DNA of 64,000 nucleotides, taken from the NCBI GenBank assembly GCA_002269645.1, contig NIVC01000302.1:1-64000 (forward strand), in the 5' to 3' direction. Both the position numbers and the translations under genes were made by a program. This DNA comes from Macrostomum lignano (Eukaryota). Within the stretch, counting starts at the first letter, position 1. Every line of letters begins with the position of its first letter. Positions 43,701 to 54,600 of the stretch are shown here, in pieces. A model generated the notes under the pieces. The model was not told the origin of the DNA and did no database searches. It saw only the letters and a program-made list of their open reading frames with translations.

Positions 43701-44506
43701 AGACTGTAGGAAATCCTCTATGGTATATCAAGAATTTAAATCTAAAAAAGCAAAAATCACTGCAGACTCCGAGCTGCTCAAACTAAGATAAAGAATCCTG
43801 ATTAACCAGACAACTTGGCTCCAACCCAGAATCTCATCATCATCAATATTTTTGGTCCGCCTTCCAAATTTTACAGTTTTTTTTTCTGTCAGACTGTCAG
43901 AGTTTCTGTTTCTGTTATAAAAAATACTACTTGAGCTAAGCCAATAGAGAAAAATAACCTGAATATGGCGCTAATGAATATCAGTTATTGTAAAAAAATG
44001 CTGTAAATTTAAAGTTTATCATTCGAACTTTTTAAAAAAACGTTTAAATTTTCGAACACACGAAATAGAAAAGTACTCTGGCATGCTGTAAATACAGACT
44101 AACCGGGCGCTGTAGATTTCTGCTATGAGAAGTGGATTTTTTCACATGCCTTTCACTTTGATTATCTTTTGTCCCTTCCTGTTGCTGTTTTATGCGATCA
44201 ATTTATCAAGAATTCCGCAGGATCGACTGTTAATTGTTATTGTCTACTTGAAATATTCTGCACGCAATGCACTGTTCTGGAATCGTATTAATGCTATATT
44301 TGTGCTAAAATATGTAACGCTTTGATTGATTGCTAATTTAACAGTTTATTCAAGATTTCAAATCATGCCTGCTATGCAAAATATAATATTGTCTCCTGAT
44401 GTGTTGTAATAGTTGCTATTATTACTAATTAATGATTTTACTACTCAAGCTGATTAAAGTTGCAACGTTATAAAGTGGCTTTATTATACCGTGTTGATGT
44501 GTGAAG

Positions 44507-44507
44507 T

Positions 44508-44605
<98 letters not shown>

Positions 44606-44612
44606 CAGATAA

Positions 44613-44645
<33 letters not shown>

Positions 44646-44654
44646 CAGATAGAT

Positions 44655-44693
<39 letters not shown>

Positions 44694-44700
44694 CAGATAG

Positions 44701-44797
<97 letters not shown>

Positions 44798-44850
44798 AAG
44801 ATAGATAGATAGATAGACAGATAAATAGATAGATAAATAGATAGATAGAC

Positions 44851-44899
<49 letters not shown>

Positions 44900-44902
44900 G
44901 AC

Positions 44903-44973
<71 letters not shown>

Positions 44974-44982
44974 CAGATAGAT

Positions 44983-45037
<55 letters not shown>

Positions 45038-45048
45038 CAGATAAATAA

Positions 45049-45084
<36 letters not shown>

Positions 45085-45200
45085 TTAGATAGACAGATAG
45101 ATAGACAGACAGATAGATAGATAGATAGATAGATAGACAGACAGATAGATAGACAGACAGATAGATAGACAGACAGATAGGTAGATAGAGAAATAGATAG
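44507..45200. repeat. (GATA)n microsatellite, ~700 bp
   Basis: Direct periodicity; explains the SIYL ORFs. Confidence 0.98.
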
Positions 45201-45523
45201 ATCATTCCTCCTATACATGTAAATCAATAAATACATAATATACTTGTTACATTAGCGGTAAATAATGTACCAGCATACTGTAAATAAGACAGCTCTGGCA
45301 ATCAAAATCAGGCAGGAACCTTCTGTCTATTGACAATCCATAGCGACGGACGCCAGTTAAAATATTAATAACACAGGTACGCGCGAACTAATACAAGCAG
45401 CCCATGCATACGGAATGAGTGCATGGATTGAATGCATTAATGAATGAATAAATAAACATCGCACTGTGCAGTGCCGCAGTGTTGTCACGTCAGCAGCTTG
45501 CCGTTCTGAGCAGGTAGAGCGAC

Positions 45524-46387
45524 ATGTCAGCTGATGCAGCGGCTCAATCTGAGGCTCTGTTGAGCCGCTTGCCGTTGAACATTCAGGCAAAGTTTGGCGG
45601 CCGCGCCCGCTGCCGTCAGCTGCTGCTGTTGGGCTCGACGTTGCCGCAAACTCTACAAGCGCCGGTGGCGGCGGCGGCGGCCTCAGCAGCCGGAGCCTCA
45701 TCGCCAGCAGCCTCGCCAGACCAGCTGAGCAGCGGCTACAGGCAGCTGAGCCAGCAGTTCAACTCCAACTATTCGCCCGGCTCGGTGTACCCACCGGCCT
45801 GGCGCTGCGGCCACAGTCAGCAGACCCACTCGGCTGCCGCGGTGCGTCTCCTAGCAGACGACGGGGGTGCCGAGAAGATGCAGCGCCTTGCCCGACGCCG
45901 GCGTCGTGACGCGTTCTCGGCGCACAACGAGGCCGCCCATCTGGACAGGAAGTTCCGGCTTGGCTGGATCGAGTGCCTGGAGGAGCGGCGCCGGCTGCGA
46001 GATCTGACGACGCCGCTGCCGCCGAGACCGCAGCCTTCGGCTCCGCCTTCGCCGCCACCTCCACCGCCCAAGGAGGTCTTCCAGGCGCACCTGTACGCTC
46101 CGCCGCAGGCGAAGAAGCCTGGCGCCGCTGTCAAGCGGGTGACCATCCGGGGCCGGCGCTGGTCCGCGCCAATACGATTCAGCGGCCGCCGCCTGTCGGC
46201 GAGGTCGGCAACGAGTTTGCAGTGTGAAAAACTGAAAGCTGATTTTTGTACGAATGCGAGCGTACAGGTCGCCAGCACAGCAGACTCGCTGAGATCCCCA
46301 ATAGGCTGCTCATTCTGGCATTCCTGCGTATGCTTTAAATCTGACCTGAGAGGGTTGTGGAGGCAGGAACTGTGCAGGCAATGGTGA
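45524..46387 (+). CDS. Hypothetical Ala/Pro/Arg-rich protein (287-aa ORF; C-terminal end may be spliced)
   Basis: GC-rich island with the GC3 codon bias of neighbouring exons and an ATG start; helical HNEAAHLDRKFRLGWIECLEERRRLR segment. No family recognised. Confidence 0.55.
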   Translation: MSADAAAQSEALLSRLPLNIQAKFGGRARCRQLLLLGSTLPQTLQAPVAAAAASAAGASSPAASPDQLSSGYRQLSQQFNSNYSPGSVYPPAWRCGHSQQTHSAAAVRLLADDGGAEKMQRLARRRRRDAFSAHNEAAHLDRKFRLGWIECLEERRRLRDLTTPLPPRPQPSAPPSPPPPPPKEVFQAHLYAPPQAKKPGAAVKRVTIRGRRWSAPIRFSGRRLSARSATSLQCEKLKADFCTNASVQVASTADSLRSPIGCSFWHSCVCFKSDLRGLWRQELCRQW

Positions 46388-46424
46388 GGGGGGAATGATG
46401 GGGAAAGAGACGGAATCGATTCGG

Positions 46425-46570
46425 GAATGATGCAGTGCATGATGCAGGGAATGATGCAGTGCATGATGCAGGGAATGATTCGGGAATGATTCGTGAATGA
46501 TGCAGTGCATGATGCAGGGAATGATTCGGGAATGATGCAGTGCATGATGCAGTGCATGATGCAGTGCATG
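46425..46570. repeat. 12-bp repeat (TGATGCAGTGCA/TGATGCAGGGAA)n
   Basis: Direct periodicity. Confidence 0.85.
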
Positions 46571-47050
46571 AGCCGCCCAAGCTGAGAATATCTAAATGAA
46601 CTATTATATAGCCAGCACAGCAGACGAGTGTGAGAAGCGCAGAGTTGATAAAATTCACGCTTTTCAGCTTGAAAATACATTTATTTTAGACCTGTGCATG
46701 GCACACAGAAATTAAATAATACACTTGTAGATGCGAGTTAAACGAATAAGGTCGTCTCAAAGTAAAAATAACAAACAATAAATGAATTCAACCTTTGTAC
46801 GCAGTGCCTTTACAGAAGCGGATCAAATAGGCTGTAGCGCAAATTCTGTCTGTCTAGAGCTGTGCTCAAGTACAGAGAAATCACGGAAAATGATCGACAA
46901 GTAAAAAAAACGCTAAATCACTAAACGCACTACTTGAATAGGCGGCAGTAGTGCAATTAAGTAGACTCAGATTATGTTTTTTCTATAATAAAACACAGTC
47001 TAGTTTCTGTCTCAGCCTGACGCTAAGCAGTGAAGCTTTACTCGCAGCAG

Positions 47051-47350
47051 TCATTCTCGAGCGGCTCGCTTGCCGCCAACTGCCGACAACTCCAAGTCGC
47101 AATCGCTCAATGGCCGTTTCAACGCCTTACGCTCTCTTGGCTGCAAATAATAATGGCAATAATAATAATTACTATTAGTATTATTGCTATTTGGGTCCAG
47201 CGACTCGTCTTCCAGTTCGGACCGCGACAAGGAGAAGGCATTGCTGTGCATCAGGTGCGCAGTCCACCGCTGATAGGCCCTCCTAGTAGCCGCAACCAGG
47301 GCCGCTGCTTCGGGTGGCCAAGGTATGGAAGACATGGGCTGGCAGGACAT
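47051..47350 (-). CDS. Possible small hypothetical protein (99 aa)
   Basis: ATG-initiated ORF with protein-like composition and a basic tail (KRPL...GGKRAARE). Plus-strand exon readings of the same DNA are also possible. Confidence 0.3.
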   Translation of the reverse strand: MSCQPMSSIPWPPEAAALVAATRRAYQRWTAHLMHSNAFSLSRSELEDESLDPNSNNTNSNYYYCHYYLQPRERKALKRPLSDCDLELSAVGGKRAARE

Positions 47351-47694
47351 CTATTTAAGTCCGTATTTAAATCAACTGTCAATGCTGCATGGATTTCAAA
47401 GGTTCCCCGAGTAGAGAAAGTAAGTGTCTAAAAGTTATTTGTTAGCTTTGATATATCAAACATAGACAATTCCTGGTGTTTTCAATTCAACCCCCAGAGT
47501 GGCTCATTTTGTTATACCACTTGACGCTGTCTAACTTGAAGAATATTTAATTCTCTGCAAAATGCTTATTATTGTACCATGACCTTTGTGCCCGCTGGGC
47601 ACTTACTTATTCTTGCCTTTTAATGCCATAGACTACATTTAAACCAGCTTGCAGGAAAGAAATATCGAAATTAGCGGGCAGTTAATGATGTAGT

Positions 47695-48084
47695 ATGGAT
47701 GTAATGCAACTCGACACTACGCCAAAGTCAGTTCTGTTGCAAGAACAGTGGGCACTTCGTAAGTTCAACGAGGTGCTTTCAAGCAAGAACTACGCCTGCG
47801 ATCTGAATACAGCCGATATCGAACAGTTAGTCACTGGCTTGCGAATCTTCTATGCTTTTGTTCGTAAAATTGACGGTGGCTTCTATGCCCCTGCTTCGTT
47901 GAGTACCGCTCGAGCTGGTGTTTTCCGCTATTTGCTGCGTGTCCGTGACGTTAATATTATCGAGGATCCGCGCTTTGCAAAGGCCAACATGCAATTGAAG
48001 GCTACAGCCGCCATGTTCATCAGATCAGGCGGCACCGTCAGTTTTTATAATGTTACAACTGCTAAATATAGCATAAATAGTTAG
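47695..48084 (+). mobile_element. Crypton-type (DUF3504/KCTD1/ZMYM-like) tyrosine-recombinase transposon fragment
   Basis: LRIFYAFVRKIDGGFYAPASLSTARAGVFRYL...NIIEDPRFAKANMQL is the N-terminal Crypton signature. The ORF stops before the catalytic domain. Confidence 0.7.
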
Positions 48085-48300
48085 CTCAGACGTTGGCTTC
48101 GGCCATAGACATTCAAAGCGTGCAACAATCTGGCTTGATTGCTATACCCCTAAAAACCCCTCCAAAATGATACCGTCTGTCTGATGAACTGTCTATCTGT
48201 CCCACTTTGTCAAGGACACAAATATGTCTATGGCACAGTAATAGTAACGGCGCCCTCTGATTTTCCCATTATCGCCCTTAAAGCATGGGTATTAAGGCAC

Positions 48301-51300
48301 TATTGGTTTTGTCAGCCTAACTGAGAATAAAGCCATCCAAAGTGAGAATCCTGCCTACGCTGACTGCGAAGGGCCTGGCTGCGTGCAGCCTTAGTCTATG
48401 GGCCATAGACTATAAAGGATAAGCAAAGTGATAAAAAGCCATCCAATGTGAGAATCCTGCCTACGCTGAATACGAAGGGCCTAGCTGCGTCCAGCCATAG
48501 ACTATAAAGGATAAGCTAGGATTGGCTAGTCATATGGCTCAGAAGCTCAGAAGGTATAAAAATAAAAGAATACAACGCATAGACCAGGGTCGTTCTCAAA
48601 GTTTAGTCGTAAGCAGTGAAACAAATATTTTTGAAAATCAGCCTGAAATATTGAATCTTTTCTTATTTTAGCTCTAAAAGGACTTAAAAAATATATGCCT
48701 CTCATGGGTCTTAATCTATTTTAACATTGAACTTTTGATGTTAATCTCATCAGAGTGCGCTATTTCATTTTTCGATGTATATTTTTATTATCGCACGAGC
48801 TATAATACCCACTTTAGAGAAGCTACATTCTGTTCACGTGGTCTTATTAAAGAAGAAAATTGATAAATGTTATTTATAACTTTGGTTAGCACAACCTAGA
48901 ACCCATTTAACTCTTTCGATTGCAAAGCAGATGTTGCTATTTCGATTTTTGCTAGAAACGTAACATTATGAATGATTAAAAAATCCACTTTTAATTAATT
49001 TGTTCTGTTAATAGAATAAGCTAATAGCTGCGTTTTCTGCTGTTTTTTTAAGAAAGATAGTCATATCTAACACTAAAGTATCAATTAAGGCAGTTTCATT
49101 CTATATTAAAAAGAAAAGTTAAATAAATTCAATTTTAAGTTTTTTTCAATAGCACAAAATTAACCTAACAAAGAGAGATTTCGCTGACAACAACAAAGCA
49201 AGTAGCACCAAAGTTATTTTAATTTAAAGTCCTCATCTGTGGGATGAGAAAAAGTACCACTTTTTTGTCTCTAGTTATGAAAAAAAATTTTCTCAGCACA
49301 TTGTTAGGTTTTTTGGATGTTTTTTTATGTACGCTCGTATTTAGATGAATTTTTGCTATTGATCACCCAATATGTTAGTCAGAACAAACAGAATTTGATT
49401 TATGTAGATAAAATTGACTATTTTTCTCTTAAAAACAGTCGTTTTTTGTTGTTTTCACACAATTTTTTTAACTGATTTAAAATTTGTATTGTAAGTTACA
49501 AGTAAACATAATGAGTCAAAACAAGAGGTAGTAGAAACTGAAAAGAAAATAAGAGTAACGAATAATAAAAAAAGTTGCATGATTTGATTAGTCAAGAAAT
49601 AGTATTAAAACAATTTTGCATCTGATTTATAATCAATGAAATTAGCTGTCTGAAGCACAAAAATTAATTTCTTTGAAACATTAAATTCATTCTCATATGT
49701 TCTGCAATTCATTAAAGATATACATGTAGCAACTTAAACATTCAGTTGATACTTTTCACCTTTGGATGCATATAGCTACTAACAAGAAAAAAGACAAAAG
49801 AAAAAACTTAATTGCCATTGATGCTGGCAATGTAATATTAAATATGGTACAGAAAGATGGAATCTCTACAGAGTGCTGCCACACGAATTTTTGAAGTGTT
49901 TAACAGATAAGTCATGGCAGTACCATAACAGACATACTATATTTTATATTACTCTTCGATTGACAATTACGCTTTAGATATGTTTTAGATGATGATTTTC
50001 CATTGGGACTAACTCTATATACCGAGGCCAGACACAGTTAAGTGCGGCTGACAGCACTGAAGCGGCGGTTAACAGAGAATGCGATGAGCTGTGGCCTGTG
50101 GAGACAGCCAGCTGATGTACGAGCATCAGTAGAAGGGAAAGACATCCAATAGTGTCTTGCTATTGGTTTGTTACATGTACAGCGAACATCTACTTTTATT
50201 CTAATGTGATCGATTTAATTCTACTGACCCAATTGGCTAAAGCACTGTAAACTGCACACCTCTCGGACGGATATGTAATGCTATTTGCTGCACTTTTACC
50301 TGTTTCTCTGCCAGAACACCAGCATCATTGTATGTGCCACAATCTAAGATGTGCAGTGGTCCTTTGGATGTGGTTAGTTCTGCAGGCATCGACGTAATTT
50401 ATCAAATGAGACGAATTGTATACCGAGCATGACAGCTAGTGCAGGGCCAGAATCGATTACAGAGGTTCGCCAGAGCAATTGCAGTGATCCATGTGGCTGC
50501 CGAGTCAGACGTCTGTAATAGGCTAATTAACTTACCAAGACCAAAGTATTTAATTTAAATTTATAAGCTGTTCTTTTAGTAGTTATGCAGCCTAATTACA
50601 TAAGAAAATAGTATAGTAAAATAGTAAAATAGTATTAAAGCTATGTTGCAGAATATAAATGCTTGCTGAATTATTTTTAAAAAAAAACGCAAGTCTGTTC
50701 GAAAAAAGATACATGCATTTTAGGTTTTAAAAGAAATGGCTTCCTAGCTCGTTTACTATATATATTCTAATTCAAAAAAACTTTTAATGCTTTAAAAGAC
50801 ATATTTTGCAAGCCTAATTTTTAGCTAAACCAGTTTTGTATATTTTAAGCTTCATATTTCGGTGTTTAAGTACAATAATTAAGTTCTTGAGTGGTACAAT
50901 ATCAATTATTTCGGGTGTTTCTTGTTACGCGATAATTTTAAATACAAGCAATTTATACGAAAAAAACAAAATGTTGATTTAAAAATAACATTTTCTATTG
51001 AAATAATACTTATTAAATAGTAAACATAGAATAAAAGATGTATCTAATTCATAAAAAAATAAAAGAAAACTTGCATTATTTCACAATTTTTGGTCGTTTT
51101 ATTTTCCGTTGCGAAAAATAACAAATTGCTAGATTTCGTCTTAAATATTTGGTTTCTTGTGGTTTTAACGGCAGTTTTTTAATTAAATTGACGAAAGAAT
51201 CGTTTTTGCAAAATAATTACTTTATTCAAAAACTTTTTTTTTCTGTACCAAAACATCATGACCTTAATTTGAGAACTACCCACCAATCGATTCTCACATT

Positions 51301-51459
51301 GGATGGCTTTTTATCACTTTGCTTGTCCTTTATTGTCTATGGCCCATAGACTAAGGCTGCACGCAGCCAGGCCGGCCCTTCGCAGTCAGCGTAGGCAGGA
51401 TTCTCATTTTGGGTGGCTTTATTCTCAGTTAGGCTGACAAAAGCAATATTATCAGTTAC
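48301..51459. repeat. Pair of ~150-bp inverted repeats (48301-48452 / 51293-51459) enclosing ~2.85 kb of AT-rich DNA
   Basis: The reverse complement of 51293-51450 matches 48308-48452; the left arm has an extra ~105-bp tandem copy. Confidence 0.85.
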
Positions 51460-51689
51460 TATTTTTGGATTCACAAAATAAGAAGTTTGCACGAAGCTTA
51501 GAGCCGGCAGCTCAGCAGTATCTCTGTCTGTGGCTGAAACTCCCATGGCTCTGATGCGAGTACAGGTCGAGATCGAGAGGAGCGGCTTCGCTTCGAGCTG
51601 AGTTGCCTGCCAGCCCCAGTTCATCTCTTGCAGAACCAACGCTCAGCATAAAATTTCTGTCAACTTTTGTCTGCACAGAATCCTTAAAC

Positions 51690-54600
51690 ATGAGGCTAAA
51701 AAACGTCAGCACAATCTTCATGACTTTTCTGGCTGCTTTTTGCATCCAGCTCGATGCGTCAAGCAAACTGCATCTCGCTGATGACGGCTACTATAACGAC
51801 TTGCTAGTCTTTGTGCAAATACCTGCAGACGGCAACGTGCAGGAGAAGCACTATGCTCATCTACTTCATGTGCTGCAGGTGAGGCATAATACGCTTTGAT
51901 TGTGTGATATTGAAATTGAAGTCTGGGAGAATATCCAGTGCTGCTTTGACCTTTCAGACCGCCCTTCGGGAGGCCTCCGGCATCTTGGAGAAGCTCACCC
52001 ATAATGTGGGCCGCCGTCTCGGCTTCGGCGAGGTCAGCGTGCTGCTGCCGCACAGTCTAAGTGAGAAGCTCGCCCAATTGAACCATTCGAGGCTTCAGCT
52101 GCACCCGGCAACGTGGCAGCGGCCAGAGAACGCGGATTTCGTTGTCTCTCCGGACATCAAGGAGTCTGATGAGGGTGTCGTGCGGGACAAGTTCGTCTGT
52201 GGAGCTCAAGCAGAAAAAGTACAACTCTCGACCAAGATTCTCGAGTCCAGCAACGCTTACAGACGTAAGTCGTAAGAATCCTCTTGATGCTTGATTAGTT
52301 GATATCCTTGATGCTTAATCCAGGGACTTTGTACCTTCTACCAGGGACTTCTGCGATATAAGTTTACCATAGAAAGAAGGGACTAGAAACTCGGCTTTAG
52401 TGAGTAAGAAATGTGGGGGCTGGCTGATTTAAGGCAAGATATTTATCAGCTTACAAAGTAAGTAAAAATCTAAGGATATGTCAATAAATCTAACGACGGA
52501 CGCATTAACGAACGAGGATACAAAAGCATAGATGGCTTAATGTCCATTTTATCAAACACCAGTGCACAATTCCTACTAATGGGAGGCGGCAGTGATGCAA
52601 ATAACATGAGAAGCAGTAAGCTTTGCTTCACTCTGAGATGCAACGGTCGTAAAACAACCCAACTGTCTCTGAAGAGTCTTTGGATGGTGGCAGGCAAAGA
52701 ATCTGTCGCAGAGTTAAAAGCAGTGTTCTCTGAAGATCAGAATCTTCGCCTTGCGCAGTACTGCGAGTCCCAGAACGCTGAGCTGTGCTTAGGGGGCGAC
52801 CTCAACGCGCACTACAAGCACTGGGGCAGCAAAGACACCAATACTAGAGGGGAGGAGCTTCTGGCCCTTATCTCTAACACAAACCTCATGCTCTGCAACC
52901 GCGGTAGCACTCCTACCTTTAACAATGGCAGATGGACTGAGGTCCTTGACGCCACACTCGTTACCCCAAGACTCTTTGACAGAGTTAAGGAGTGGAGAGT
53001 CTGGTCTGAGGAGCCCTCCCTGTCTGAACACTGCTTTATCGCCTTTAACATCGCGGACACTAAACCCCAGTCCTCGATTTCTTGGAGGCGTAACATCCGC
53101 AACACTGATTGGGCGGCCTATAAGGCTACCCTTGATCTGCACCTGCAGGAACTCACGGACTTACGGTACGTCCGATTGAGACCTGCGAGGATGTGGACCA
53201 TGCGGCTGAGACGCTGACAGGTTGCATTATTGCAGCCTATGAGGCGGCCTGCCCTGTCCGTGCCTACAAAGGCAAGACCTCGGCGCCGTGGTGGAACCCG
53301 GAGATGGGGAAACTCAGGCGGAAGGCCAAAAGCCTTCACCGCCGTGCCATGAAGACCGGAAACCCGGAGGAGATGGAGCTTTTCCGACAAGCCTCTCGCA
53401 ACTTCAAATCTGAAGTGCGCAAGGCCAAGGAATGTAAATGGCGCCAATTCTGCAATGAATTGGATCAAGACAGACCTACTTCTAGGCTTGTCAAGGTCCT
53501 TACAATGGACATCCAAAAAATCTCCAAATATCCAAATTAGCCATGATCAGAAAATATGATGGCTCTCTTACTAAAGACCCTGAAGAAGTGCTTCAGCATA
53601 TGCTCAGCACATTCTTCCCGAGGGTACCCACCGCTAGATCGGAACCCAACCACTCAATAGATGGAGCCACCCTAGCGGCGGGCATAATCACTGAAGACTT
53701 AATCGCTCGTGCAGTCAGAACCTTCAAGCCCTTCAAATCTCCTGGACCTGATGGTATCTACCCTGTTCTTCGTGAAGCAGCCAAGATACCCTCGCTCTTG
53801 AGACTTACCCGCAATCTCATGCGGGCCTCTATCCAGCTGGGATACGTTCCCAAGTGCTGGACCGAAGCTCGGGTAGTCTTCATTCCCAAACCTGGGAAGG
53901 CTGACTACCAGAGCGTCAAGGCCTTTATGCCAATTAGCTTAACGTCAGCAATGCTTAAGCTCACTGAGAGGCTTATTCTCTGGCGGCTGCTTTCTTGCGA
54001 GCTGACAGCAATGCCTCTCAGCAATCATCAGCACGCCTTCCGTACCGGGAGGTCGACTGACAGCGCCCTGCATGCGATAGTCGAGAAGATTGAACGGGCG
54101 GTACTGGGTGACGGTTACGCCCTGGCTCTTTTTCTCGACATTGTTGGCGCCTTCGACAACGTTATCTTTGAAGCGTTTCAGAGGGCCCTTCAAAATCGCA
54201 AAGCTCACGCTACCCTCATACGGTGGATCATGTACATGATCTCCAACCGTACGGTCACTGCCCAACTTCTTGGGCAAACTGCCTCCGCCAGAGTCTGTAA
54301 GGGTGGACCCCAAGGCGGAGTCCTCACCCCGACGCTCTGGAACCTGGTCATGGACGCTCTTCTGGGTGACTCCCGACCTGATCCCGTCTTCAAAGTCGGG
54401 TATGCTGACGACGTCACTGCCATTGTGGCTGGGCCGTCCCCCAGCACGCTCAGTGATCTGATGCAGAGTTTTATCCGCAAAGCAGAATCCTGGGCCAATG
54501 ACAATGGTCTGGAACTCTCCGAGCCCAAAACTGTTGCCATTATGTTCACCAGCAGAATACGCTGGAACATACGACCTCTGCAGCTATACGGCAGAGATAT

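Noticed and set aside
44468-45236. 245-250 aa SIYL ORFs
   Set aside because: Translations of the (GATA)n microsatellite.
48308-48376. HDV-like or twister ribozyme (GTCAGC/GCTGAC stem plus GCGAAGGG)
   Set aside because: The P3/L3 and P1.1/P4 elements do not fit, and no twister core is present.
52540-52740. N-terminal part of ORF 52540-53217 as a LINE protein
   Set aside because: It is chance read-through of antisense P-element DNA; LINE similarity starts at ~52740.
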